DNA from: Bdellovibrionales bacterium
Lineage (GTDB): Bacteria > Bdellovibrionota > Bdellovibrionia > Bdellovibrionales > JAGQZY01
Length of the DNA: 64,000 bases
Assembly (NCBI GenBank): GCA_031426555.1
Contig: JANPLN010000042.1
Coordinates: 1-64,000 of the forward strand
Reading direction: 5' to 3'
The notes beneath the pieces were generated by a model. The model ran no database searches and had not been told where the DNA came from. It worked only from the letters and a program-made list of their open reading frames with translations. How positions within the stretch are numbered: position 1 is the stretch's first letter; each line of letters starts with the position of its first letter. The position numbers and the translations under genes are program-made. Below, piece by piece: positions 29,876 to 39,473 of the stretch.

Positions 29876-30647
29876 ATCCTTTAAATTTGGTTACTATTTA
29901 GCCAAGCGAGATATTTCCTCCACGTACTCCCGCTCTCTCTTCGGCATGTCGTGGCTGTTTGTAAGCCCTTTGGTGGCTCTGGCGATTTACGGGTTTGTCT
30001 ATGGACGGGTGCTTCGAGTGGGGTGGTCCGATCCGTCGACGGGCGAAGCCCTTGGGTTTATTCTGCCGTTTTTTTGTGGTTTTGCTCCGTACATGTTATT
30101 TAGCGAAGCACTGGCCAATTCCACCAATGCTTTGCTCTCCAAGCGCGGATTGATCACCACGAGTAAAATCCCGTTGATTTCTTTTATCGCCTCCACGCTT
30201 TTGCGGACCGGATTCAGCGCCATCCTTCAGCTGTGTGTTTTGCTCTCGCTCAGTCTGTTTTATCAACGATTTTACTATTATACTCTTCCTGGCTTTTTGC
30301 TTGGATTTCTCACTTTATTTATTTTTATCACCCCGATCAGTATTATTTTTGCGATTCTCGCGCCTTTCGTTGCCGACCTTAAAGATACAACTCGCGTGAT
30401 TGTGCGTTTTGCTTTTTATCTAACCCCAATTGCTTACCCACTTTCGTTGGTCTCCGAAACATTTCAAAAAATACTGTTTCTCAATCCTTTGACGTCCCTT
30501 GTGGAATTGTTTCGTTTTCCCATTTATTCTAATCCCTTTGTGTTTCAAACGTGGATGCTCTCCTTTTTGGTGATTTGCTTATTGCTGTGGGCAGTGGCTG
30601 CTTTTTTATTTTCGAAACTTTCGCCAGCGGTGACCGATGTTCTCTAA
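29859..30647 (+). CDS. wzm: O-antigen ABC transporter permease
   Basis: RDISSTYSRSLFGMSWLFVSPL, FYLTPIAYP, LNPLTSLVELFR. Confidence 0.88.
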   Translation: MLFTRESFKFGYYLAKRDISSTYSRSLFGMSWLFVSPLVALAIYGFVYGRVLRVGWSDPSTGEALGFILPFFCGFAPYMLFSEALANSTNALLSKRGLITTSKIPLISFIASTLLRTGFSAILQLCVLLSLSLFYQRFYYYTLPGFLLGFLTLFIFITPISIIFAILAPFVADLKDTTRVIVRFAFYLTPIAYPLSLVSETFQKILFLNPLTSLVELFRFPIYSNPFVFQTWMLSFLVICLLLWAVAAFLFSKLSPAVTDVL

Positions 30648-31806
30648 AGACGAAATTCTCGTAGCGAAAAACATTGGTAAGAATTTTTTAATTTCGTCGT
30701 CGACGTTGGGAAATCTGTACCTTGCGCTCTTTAATAGAAAGCGCAAGGCGGATAAGATTGTTTCGGTTTTGAAGAATATTTCTTTTTCGGTCAAGCGGGG
30801 AGAAACCGTGGGAATCATGGGGCGAAACGGGGCTGGAAAAAGCACGCTTCTTTCCATCATCTGTGGAGTGATTCCTCCCACCTCGGGCGAAGTGGTTAGC
30901 AATTGTTCAATTTCGGCGTCGCTCAATGTGGCGTCTGGATTTAGCCCAGACTTTACTGGGCGTCAGAACGCCCACGTGTTTTGCAATTTACATAACATTC
31001 CTGCAAACGAAGTGAACGACGTGGTTGCTAAGATTTATGATTTCTCAGAACTTAAAAGTTATTTTGAGATGCCTGTTCGAACTTACTCTTCCGGAATGCG
31101 TGCGCGGTTGTCGTTTGCCTGCAGTGCTTTTGTTAAGGCGGATCTGATCATTGTTGATGAGACACTGTCTGTTGGCGATGCCGCATTTAAGATTAAATGT
31201 TTAGATCAAATTCGCAAAATGCAAATGGCGGGGCAAAGTTTTTTGATCGTGAGCCATAGCCCCAATATGATTTCGGCCTATTGCTCGCGAGTCATGGTAT
31301 TAGATAGAGGCAGCATTGTTCACGACGGTGACGCCTTAGAGGGCGTGCGGATGTACAAACAAGTGACGTCGCAACAGCTCAGTCAAAGCCCCGTGGGCCA
31401 TCAAAAGTCCGAAGATTTTTTCGAGACGGCGAAAGTCTCGTTCAGCGGCAATCAGGCCCGGCTTAAGTTTAGTTGCACCTACAAAAGTGGGGGCCACTAT
31501 CGATTGAGCATTGCTCTCAAAAACATGGAGGGCATTACCATTTCGGGGTTCTCGGTGGATGATCTTATCGAAGCCAAGGACCTGTCGCGTCCAATCGCCT
31601 ATGAGTTTAGTTTTTCCAATTGTTTATCCGATGGTCAGTATTTTTTCGACGGAAACCTCTATATTTTTGCCAACGATGAAAAATCACTGGTTAAAATTTA
31701 TCCTAACTTTTTTGGCTTTAACCAAGCGGTGGCGCAGACAAGTGAGCAGAGCAAGCACGCGGGACTCATGAATATATTTACCAACGCAAGTCGGACAACC
31801 ACTTAA
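30637..31806 (+). CDS. wzt: O-antigen ABC transporter ATPase with C-terminal extension
   Basis: GRNGAGKST, YSSGMRARL, IIVDETLSVGD, VSH; about 140 aa C-terminal beta-rich domain. Confidence 0.9.
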   Translation: MFSKDEILVAKNIGKNFLISSSTLGNLYLALFNRKRKADKIVSVLKNISFSVKRGETVGIMGRNGAGKSTLLSIICGVIPPTSGEVVSNCSISASLNVASGFSPDFTGRQNAHVFCNLHNIPANEVNDVVAKIYDFSELKSYFEMPVRTYSSGMRARLSFACSAFVKADLIIVDETLSVGDAAFKIKCLDQIRKMQMAGQSFLIVSHSPNMISAYCSRVMVLDRGSIVHDGDALEGVRMYKQVTSQQLSQSPVGHQKSEDFFETAKVSFSGNQARLKFSCTYKSGGHYRLSIALKNMEGITISGFSVDDLIEAKDLSRPIAYEFSFSNCLSDGQYFFDGNLYIFANDEKSLVKIYPNFFGFNQAVAQTSEQSKHAGLMNIFTNASRTTT

Positions 31807-31815
31807 AGGATTCAC

Positions 31816-32823
31816 ATGATTGGCTATTTAAGATTCTTTTTAGCTTCTCTGGTGATTTATTCGCATCTCGATTTTCCTTTGTGGAGTTTTTTAGGATTAA
31901 AAATCAATCAGGGTGTGTTTGCTGTATTTTGTTTCTATATCATCTCTGGCTATTTTACCGGGTTGATTTATGACCGTTTTAAAAATAGTAAAAACCAAAT
32001 GATTGAATTCTACTTCGACCGGGTTTTGCGGCTGGTCCCATTGTTTTGCGTGGTCATGTGCCTTGTTTTTATTGTAAATCGTTTCCACTATGAGCCGAGT
32101 TTGGGTATAGACCCAGAGCGAGCAGGAAGATTGAAAGAGCTCTTTCGTTCATTCCTTCAGCCATTAAACGGGCTGGTTGGGTTCTTGTTGGGCGGAGATT
32201 TCGCATTTGGCGCCTATTCGCGAGTCACGCCGGCTCCTTCTTTGGCCCTCGAAGTGAAATATTTTATAATGTTCCCGTTTCTTGAAAAGTTAAAAAGCTC
32301 CCATTTAAAAATAATATCGGCGCTCGTCGTGGCCTACACCATCTACTGTATACACCGCCGATGGGAGGATGAGGTCGAGAACTATACGTACCGATTTCTA
32401 TTAGGAACATTTCCGTTATTTCTCACCGGCTTTTTAATTTACCGGCAAAAAAAGGGACTCGAACCGTCTCAACTTTTTAAAGCGGAGTACATCGCAGCGG
32501 GCATTGGTGTTCTGTACTATTTGATAATGTTTGCAAAGAACCTCGTACACGCACCTTGGGTTGGCGAAACAGCACTGGCTCTGTTGCTTTGCCCAGCAGC
32601 TTTAATCTATTTTCTTAGATTTAAACCAGGGAAAATGGATCATTTGGCAGGATATTTGTCCTATGGAATATTTTTAGTACATGTTCCGATTATTCATTTT
32701 TTACAGATCAGACAAAGCAAGGTGGAGTATTTATTAACGGTTCTTGTTTTGGCGTCACTTCTTTCCTTTGTTCTTCACCATGTGATTGAACGACCCGTAT
32801 TAAAGATTCGCCACCGTCTCTAG
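31816..32823 (+). CDS. Acyltransferase-3 family O-acyltransferase
   Basis: LRFFLA..VIYSH, FYIISGY, RVLRLVP, SLALEVKY, LSYGIFLVH, IERP. Confidence 0.85.
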   Translation: MIGYLRFFLASLVIYSHLDFPLWSFLGLKINQGVFAVFCFYIISGYFTGLIYDRFKNSKNQMIEFYFDRVLRLVPLFCVVMCLVFIVNRFHYEPSLGIDPERAGRLKELFRSFLQPLNGLVGFLLGGDFAFGAYSRVTPAPSLALEVKYFIMFPFLEKLKSSHLKIISALVVAYTIYCIHRRWEDEVENYTYRFLLGTFPLFLTGFLIYRQKKGLEPSQLFKAEYIAAGIGVLYYLIMFAKNLVHAPWVGETALALLLCPAALIYFLRFKPGKMDHLAGYLSYGIFLVHVPIIHFLQIRQSKVEYLLTVLVLASLLSFVLHHVIERPVLKIRHRL

Positions 32824-33729
32824 CTCTCGCATAATATCAGGGCGCACGAAGCCGCGCTCAATGTTGTGCTGAACGTATTTTTCATCAAATACTTTTTCGT
32901 TTAAACATTCCAGCAATAGCTGAAAAAAGAATTTTTGTTGGTTTGGGTCTGGATGGGGTTTATAAAAATTCCCGGATTCAAAATCAACCCAACCCATTTG
33001 CTGTTTAAATTTCCTCAACATAAAAGCTGGCGAAATTGCCTTTGTCCCAAGCTTTAACGTCAACTCTCCTGTGGTGTCGAAGTCGCGCGCCAGGCCGGTT
33101 TTCCACGGCTGGGTTGAGCGCTCAGTCATATGTAAAAGTTTTGTATTTGCATCCAGGTAATCAAATGAATTCCACTCGTCGGGCAAAATGCCAATGCTTG
33201 ATTGATCTTCGAGTTTTAAACCAATCCAATCGCCGTAATCAAATTTTTTGGCAAACATGTCTTCAATCACTTGGTCCCACTTCCAGTGGGTGAGCTTGGC
33301 GCAATTTAATAACATCACGCTGGTGCCAAAAAATGATTTTGCATAGCCTGTGTATTTACCGGAGTTCACTTGACGAGCCCAAATAGGTTTTTGATGAAAA
33401 TCAAACACCTCACCGAGCTTTGCGATGTCGGCACTGACTGCAAAAACATCGGGATCGGTGACGATGGCGATGCCTTGGTACGACATTAACTGCGGTGGTA
33501 GAAACCGAAGAGGCGAAAAGGATTGAAGATCAGAATTAATCCACGTAGCCTTGCGGCCCTTACGTAGATAAGTCTGCCCTTCTTTAGCGGTCAAAACAGG
33601 ATGGTCTTTGAGCTCGATCAAGTCGGCTGCGACTTTACCACCGGAAAGTTTGCGAAAGGAGTAAGCGGCCACTTTTGCGCCCAGCAATTGCGATTCGTTG
33701 GTATGGATAAAAACTCTCATATTTGACAT
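32800..33729 (-). CDS. GT8-like glycosyltransferase (paralog of 25891..26742)
   Basis: RVFI, SFSPLRF, DPDVF, TSVMLL, WNSFD, HMTERSTQPW. Confidence 0.65.
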   Translation of the reverse strand: MSNMRVFIHTNESQLLGAKVAAYSFRKLSGGKVAADLIELKDHPVLTAKEGQTYLRKGRKATWINSDLQSFSPLRFLPPQLMSYQGIAIVTDPDVFAVSADIAKLGEVFDFHQKPIWARQVNSGKYTGYAKSFFGTSVMLLNCAKLTHWKWDQVIEDMFAKKFDYGDWIGLKLEDQSSIGILPDEWNSFDYLDANTKLLHMTERSTQPWKTGLARDFDTTGELTLKLGTKAISPAFMLRKFKQQMGWVDFESGNFYKPHPDPNQQKFFFQLLLECLNEKVFDEKYVQHNIERGFVRPDIMRELETVANL

Positions 33730-33738
33730 AAATTTTCC

Positions 33739-34749
33739 TTACAATTTTTTTACAATCACATGAAAGCGATCACCGCGGCCCAGTTTTGCAGCCAAGAATG
33801 TGAAAGGTATGGCCAAAAAATTAAGGAGACGAGAGTTCATAAAAAACTGACTTTCGCGTTTTTCAAAAAATCCCCAGCTTTTGAGCTGATAACCGATACT
33901 ACGAGAAAAATCTTTGGTGATAGATTCGAAATGAAGTTTCTGAACACTGAATCCGTAGGCAGAAAGTTTTTTAGTCAGTTGTGTTGGATTGTGGAGTATG
34001 ATGTGTCGAGGAGCTTCCAGGCCATACCAGTTTGCGCCAAAGAGAGAAGCGCTGATACCCGCTGGATTGGGGAGTACAAAGTACATCGTTGCACCCGGTT
34101 TTAATTTTTTCATAAAAACTGCGAGTAAATCATCGGGCGTGTAAATATGCTCAAACACATGATTCAACAAAATACAGTCCACGCTTTGATCTTCGATGGC
34201 ATTGAGTTGCGGATCTTCGAGAGTGAGAATTCCGCGATGACCCAGAAAACGAATATTCTCGATGGTCTTGGTGGAAAAATCAGCACCAATGGTTTGCCAA
34301 TCGAGCGAATGCATCAAATCCAAATGGGCAGCAGAGCCACAACCATAATCCAAAAAAACACGTTTATTATTTGCAGAGGCTGTTGTGCCTATTTCGTAAA
34401 GAGTTTTTTTAACCAGTGGCCACCGAAGTAAATCCTGCGGTCTGATTTTTTTTACCACTTTCCGGACCTGTGGTTGGTGGTGTGGAACATAGCTCGATGG
34501 GTAAAACTGACCAATAGATTGTGCGGAAACCTGTGGGTTTAAAAAAACCGCCTCGCAGTTTTTGCAGGAATCATAACTAAAAACATTTTCCGTTTTTTGA
34601 AAATCTTTGTCATTGGATGAAGCCCAAAATGAAAAGTCACTGGATTGACAATTTGGGCATACATTTAGCTGGGTCGCTTCGATGGAACTCACAATTTTAG
34701 AAATGCGCTGACACAGGCGAAATGTCAAAATGTACTGGAATATCTGCAC
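33739..34749 (-). CDS. Class I SAM-dependent methyltransferase with N-terminal CxxC...CxxC
   Basis: CPNC...CKNC, LDYGCGS, HVFEH, LKPGA, PRH. Confidence 0.85.
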   Translation of the reverse strand: MQIFQYILTFRLCQRISKIVSSIEATQLNVCPNCQSSDFSFWASSNDKDFQKTENVFSYDSCKNCEAVFLNPQVSAQSIGQFYPSSYVPHHQPQVRKVVKKIRPQDLLRWPLVKKTLYEIGTTASANNKRVFLDYGCGSAAHLDLMHSLDWQTIGADFSTKTIENIRFLGHRGILTLEDPQLNAIEDQSVDCILLNHVFEHIYTPDDLLAVFMKKLKPGATMYFVLPNPAGISASLFGANWYGLEAPRHIILHNPTQLTKKLSAYGFSVQKLHFESITKDFSRSIGYQLKSWGFFEKRESQFFMNSRLLNFLAIPFTFLAAKLGRGDRFHVIVKKL

Positions 34750-34820
34750 GTCGCGCGTTTCGCATGGCGTCTATTTCCCAAGAGATGGACGATGTTCCAC
34801 CGCGCTGTTAAAAAAGTACA

Positions 34821-35618
34821 ATGAAACTCGTTACCGAACTTTACAACACTCATCTTGGGCAAGACATCTACATTTTAGGCACCGGCACCAGTGCACGGGT
34901 TTTTCCATTGGGTTTTTTGGATAATAAAATCACCATCGGTTTAAATCTTGCTTGGCAGATTCGTCCAGTCACGTATTGCATTACCATGCGCCCTGACCTC
35001 AATATTCCCGAAATCATCAATTGGCCGCAAAAAATCAATACCACATGGATCACCAAGCGCGAAAAGTTGCAAGTCGAGCAAAAGCCCTATGGTGATGAAA
35101 ATTTTTATTATTTTGAAACCAAAGGGCAAAAAAATACAGCCGCTGATGGCGAACCAAGCAATCAGGGGCGTATGCCGCAATGGGTGGAAAAACCATCGGG
35201 TGAATTCCTTTATTTATGGTCGTCGATTTCGCAATCGGCGATCAATCTTGCCGCCAATATGGGTGCCAAAAACATTTTTCTGGTGGGTTGTGACAACAGT
35301 GCAATTGGTGGAAACCATCACGCGCAAAAGCAGCACACGTTTTGGAAGGGCGCTTCGCCGGAGCACAGATATCATCAGTATTACGAGGGATTGGTGGAAG
35401 TGCGCCGTGCGCTTCGCAAGAGAGATATTAATTTGATCAGTATGACGCCTTTTGTGGGTTTGAGTTTTCTTGACGAAGATCTGCAGGAACTCTGCTCAGA
35501 AATGCAGGTTCCCAAATACATTCACAATGAAGATATCAGTTGGAAAATGAAGGACACTTTCGTGCTTAATAAGCTGCGAAAACTGTATCGAAATTTGAAG
35601 AGCCTTTACAGCTCCTAA
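34821..35618 (+). CDS. MptE-like / MAF_flag10 (DUF115) domain protein
   Basis: IYILGTGTS, TIGLN, AINLAANMGAKNIFLVGCD. Confidence 0.7.
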   Translation: MKLVTELYNTHLGQDIYILGTGTSARVFPLGFLDNKITIGLNLAWQIRPVTYCITMRPDLNIPEIINWPQKINTTWITKREKLQVEQKPYGDENFYYFETKGQKNTAADGEPSNQGRMPQWVEKPSGEFLYLWSSISQSAINLAANMGAKNIFLVGCDNSAIGGNHHAQKQHTFWKGASPEHRYHQYYEGLVEVRRALRKRDINLISMTPFVGLSFLDEDLQELCSEMQVPKYIHNEDISWKMKDTFVLNKLRKLYRNLKSLYSS

Positions 35619-36520
35619 CGAGGCTTCCAAGCTAAAATGGACGTGGCGTTATTCATTAGACTCGAGCAGTAGTACTTTTTCTGTTCGGTGATCTCAATAG
35701 TGCCCTGTTTTTCCAAATCTTTGAGGACGGCGTAAAGGTTTCCGTTTTGACCGCGCTTCTCGGCAAACTTTTTATTGCCAGCGTCTATTTCGGCCATGAG
35801 CTTTTTGTCTTTTTGTTTAAGCCACAAATCATCTTTCCATTGAAAGCCTACAGGTTCAAGGTGAAGAACCTCTGTGAGGCCTGGAATTTTAGCGATGCGT
35901 TCAAACAATTCTTTCGGTGCATTGGTGATTTGCTCGAGACTGTGATGGGTGAATACAATTGTTGGAACGTTGTCGGTAAGCGCCGAAAAATCAGCATCAT
36001 AATAATCAAACTCGTAGGTTTTCAAATTCATCTGCGGAGCTGCATGGTTGGCAATTTTTCGAAACAGATCACGACCTGAATCGGTGAGTTCAAACGAGCT
36101 GTATTCAGCCTTCACCGGAGCGCCATAGAGCCATAATTTAAAAAGGTTTTTCCCCCAGCCGGCTCCCAGTTCGATAATGCGTTGAGCGCCTTGGCTTTTT
36201 TCGACGATGTAGCGATTTTTTAGGGATTCCACAAGCAGACTGTAAATGTTAACCGAGCACGATTCTGGCTTTACAACCTGGCCATCAAAAATAAAACCAG
36301 AGACTTTTCGGTCTTTGTCGCGGTCTTGATTCTTTTTGATGAGGGCGGCGTCGTTGTAATCGGGGCCGAAATCACGGCGCATTAGCAATGTGATGCGACT
36401 GAGATCGGTTTCACCTTCCGCAATGAGTTTTTCGGCTTTTAGACGGGTTTCCGTCCAAAGGTGCTCGTAGGTGTCTTTAACATAAACTTTGCGCTCGTTC
36501 AGGTCCGAATGCGGAATCAT
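35615..36520 (-). CDS. Hypothetical protein with SAM-methyltransferase-like motif
   Basis: IIELGAGWGKN, FDYY, THHSLEQI, HLEP. Confidence 0.55.
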   Translation of the reverse strand: MIPHSDLNERKVYVKDTYEHLWTETRLKAEKLIAEGETDLSRITLLMRRDFGPDYNDAALIKKNQDRDKDRKVSGFIFDGQVVKPESCSVNIYSLLVESLKNRYIVEKSQGAQRIIELGAGWGKNLFKLWLYGAPVKAEYSSFELTDSGRDLFRKIANHAAPQMNLKTYEFDYYDADFSALTDNVPTIVFTHHSLEQITNAPKELFERIAKIPGLTEVLHLEPVGFQWKDDLWLKQKDKKLMAEIDAGNKKFAEKRGQNGNLYAVLKDLEKQGTIEITEQKKYYCSSLMNNATSILAWKPR

Positions 36521-36615
36521 AAAACCTCCAAAGATTCATTGATAACTGAAGTCTCTAATTGAAGTCTTTAAAATTAACATGGAAGCATAATGCTATGAGC
36601 CAAGGGTGCCTGTAC

Positions 36616-36644
36616 TTGCAAGGGGTGCCTTGTGAGAGTAAAAA
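36616..36644 (+). promoter_or_regulatory. Sigma70-like promoter for kdsA, leaderless geometry
   Basis: TTGCAA-N17-TAAAAA-N6-ATG; no SD. Confidence 0.45.
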
Positions 36645-36650
36645 AATCTG

Positions 36651-37502
36651 ATGTATAAATTTAAGCCTCTCGCAAAGCCGTTTTCTTACACATATCAAGA
36701 TCAAACCTTTACCTGGGGCGATTGCAAAAAGTGGTCTCTTTTTTCGGGACCCGACATCATCGAAGATGAGGGGATGGTGGTCGAGGTGGGTCAAGAGCTC
36801 AAAAAACTCGCGGCCAAACACAATGTGAATTGGTTTTTAAAGTGCTCCTTCGACAAAGCTAATCGCACCAGCGGCACAAGCTTTCGTGGTCACGGCGTGA
36901 AAGAGAGCCTGCAGATGCTCGCCAGAATTAAAGCCAAGGTAGGGGCTCCCGTCCTGACGGATGTTCACGAAACTTGGCAGGTGCCTTTAGTGGCCGAAGT
37001 GGCCGACGTGATTCAAATCCCAGCATTTTTGTGTCGCCAAACAGATCTTGTGGTTGCGGTGGGCGAAACGCAAAAAATCGTGCACGTCAAAAAAGGCCAG
37101 TTTTTAGCACCGTGGGATATGAAGTCCGTTGTGGATAAAATCAAAAGCACCGGGAACGATAAAATACTTCTCTGCGAGCGCGGAACGACCTTTGGTTACA
37201 ATCGCCTCGTCAACGACATGATGGGCTTGGTGGACATGCGATCTTTGGGTGTTCCGGTGATTATGGATGCCTCTCATTCGACGCAACTCCCAGGAGCCTC
37301 GGGTGTGGCCAGCGGTGGACGCTCCGACATGATCCCCGTGCTCGCGAAAGCGGCCATGGCTGTAGGTGTGGATGGATTGTTTATCGAAACGCACCCAAAC
37401 CCCGACAAAGCCCTTTGCGATGGTCCAAGCAGTCTTCCACTCAATCAAATGGATGATTTGCTAACCACTCTCAATCAGCTTTGGAAAACCCATTTTAATT
37501 AA
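36651..37502 (+). CDS. kdsA: 3-deoxy-8-phosphooctulonate (KDO8P) synthase
   Basis: FDKANRTS..SFRG, TDVHE, QIPAFLCRQTDL, KKGQF, CERG, DASHS, ETHP. Confidence 0.93.
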   Translation: MYKFKPLAKPFSYTYQDQTFTWGDCKKWSLFSGPDIIEDEGMVVEVGQELKKLAAKHNVNWFLKCSFDKANRTSGTSFRGHGVKESLQMLARIKAKVGAPVLTDVHETWQVPLVAEVADVIQIPAFLCRQTDLVVAVGETQKIVHVKKGQFLAPWDMKSVVDKIKSTGNDKILLCERGTTFGYNRLVNDMMGLVDMRSLGVPVIMDASHSTQLPGASGVASGGRSDMIPVLAKAAMAVGVDGLFIETHPNPDKALCDGPSSLPLNQMDDLLTTLNQLWKTHFN

Positions 37503-37532
37503 ACTCATTCACAGGGAATAATCTTGCCTAGC

Positions 37533-39473
37533 ATGAAGAGAGCTACCGTTATTTTTATAATTGGTGCAGTTCTCTTCCTGGGGCAAAGATTCTTTATGAT
37601 TGGAGTGTCCTATTCTGTAATGGGTATTCCACGCCTGGGAGATGATGCATTTTTTTACGTCTCAAAAGGTATAGGTGTTTTTAAAAACTACAATCACGAT
37701 ACTCAGCTGCAAAAAGACATAAGAAAACAAATCTCGCAACAAACTTTACTTGATCCTACCCAAGTGCAGCAAAATCTAAGAGCGGAATATCAGGCTTACG
37801 GCGGACCCACTGTTTTTTACGATCTCCTCATGGGGGCAATCTACAAAATGGCGGGAAGTGTTAACAAGAGTTTTATGATCAGCGAAATTGTGGTTTCTTT
37901 ATGCATGTTTTTCTGCTTCTCGTACTTTTTTATCGCGCTCGCAGGGGTAGAGGTCGCAGGGTTCGGTTTAGCTTTACTGAGCCTACTTTTTTTACCAGGC
38001 CAAGGAATTCATTACTTGATACCAAGCACACTCGCTCTTTCGTTAGGAATCGCCTTTATTGCCTTTTGCCTTCGTGGAAAGAGGGTGGCTGTAGTTTTCT
38101 TACTGTCCGCTGCTACAGTAATGATTCATTTGATGGGGATCGTTTGGGTTTGCTTTGGAGTTTGTCTTCTAATACTCAGGTTTTTTAACTTCCAGAAAAA
38201 ACTTGATAGCAATGTAAAACAACTTCTACTATTAGTAGCGGCGGCGTTACTGCCAATTTTAATTAAAATTGTTCTGCTTCAAACGACAATTTATTTTTCG
38301 CTCCCCTACGCAACTGTGAGTTTTCCAAATAACCTTCAGGAAACGGTTCTTGTTAATCTAAATGTATTCATTGAACATTTGCTTGCTATGAAACTGCCAA
38401 CACAACTCATTCTTTTGTTTTCTGCGTGCAATGTACTTTACTTAGTTGTTTCGAAAAAACTTGAGCAGAGGGAGAACTCATTACTTCTCGTTTTTTTTCT
38501 GCTTCTGTTCACTTCAATATTTGTTTATGTTCCATTTATCCCGGCCGAGGTTTCTATCCGTGTTTTTTCGGCAATGAGTTTATTTTTGATTCTTTTGATG
38601 GCAAAACGCTTGGCTTATTCATCTGGAAATCTAAAAGCCTTTGCTGGTTTTGGGTTATTTTTCATTGCCTTCTCAGTTTGGACTTTTAGTGACCTGCAAA
38701 TTTATATGAAAGAGAATTTCGGACGACGCTATGTGATCAATTCCGAATTATTTAAGGAAGAAATTAATAGGTTTGATCTTGGAAAAGAAGTTTTGTTTTA
38801 TCTGGATACGGAGTATACCTTTCGGCAGGCGGTCCTTGCTGGCTTGGAAGTTTATCCGTCTTATCTTTATCCATTGATAGATCGACAACCAAACAAAGAA
38901 GAGTTTTTTTACAAATCGCCAACTTTGTTTATGTTTCCAGTATTTAACTCACTCAATACCCGAGTCGATGGCAATAAAAACTACTCTCGTGCCCACGAGT
39001 ATGGCTTAGATTTATCGATCTTGAGAGGTCTGAAAATTGAAAGCTCGAGTCAGATTAAAAAGATTTATCTAAAGTTAAAAAATTATGGAAACGCCACAAA
39101 ATTAAACTTACTCGTGAACGGTGAAGCCGTCTCATTTGATTTGAAAGCGAATGAAGAAATTTGGACTACTATTGATCTTCGTACGGTTGTTTCAAGTGTT
39201 GAAGTAAAAAATAATGTCGGAGATGTTTTAATTAGTGGCTTGCATTTGAATGACTTAAATAAATCCGAAAAGGTAAACTGGCCTTGGGGTGAGGATGTAA
39301 CATTAAATATCATGTTTATTGCAAACGACTCCGAAGATCATAAAATATTAGATTTTTCTATTTCGGGCATTTTTACGAGCCAAGAAATGAATACGTTTTC
39401 CAAGATTCAAAAAATAGAGGCCCTTTCTGACAATTCGGGGATCGTAGTCGCAAGGATTCATTCGTGGCTGTAG
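37533..39473 (+). CDS. Large membrane protein, putative GT-C-type transferase with C-terminal soluble domain
   Basis: Acidic PRLGDDAFFY motif after TM1, many TM segments, then a periplasmic domain; AT-rich. Confidence 0.55.
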   Translation: MKRATVIFIIGAVLFLGQRFFMIGVSYSVMGIPRLGDDAFFYVSKGIGVFKNYNHDTQLQKDIRKQISQQTLLDPTQVQQNLRAEYQAYGGPTVFYDLLMGAIYKMAGSVNKSFMISEIVVSLCMFFCFSYFFIALAGVEVAGFGLALLSLLFLPGQGIHYLIPSTLALSLGIAFIAFCLRGKRVAVVFLLSAATVMIHLMGIVWVCFGVCLLILRFFNFQKKLDSNVKQLLLLVAAALLPILIKIVLLQTTIYFSLPYATVSFPNNLQETVLVNLNVFIEHLLAMKLPTQLILLFSACNVLYLVVSKKLEQRENSLLLVFFLLLFTSIFVYVPFIPAEVSIRVFSAMSLFLILLMAKRLAYSSGNLKAFAGFGLFFIAFSVWTFSDLQIYMKENFGRRYVINSELFKEEINRFDLGKEVLFYLDTEYTFRQAVLAGLEVYPSYLYPLIDRQPNKEEFFYKSPTLFMFPVFNSLNTRVDGNKNYSRAHEYGLDLSILRGLKIESSSQIKKIYLKLKNYGNATKLNLLVNGEAVSFDLKANEEIWTTIDLRTVVSSVEVKNNVGDVLISGLHLNDLNKSEKVNWPWGEDVTLNIMFIANDSEDHKILDFSISGIFTSQEMNTFSKIQKIEALSDNSGIVVARIHSWL

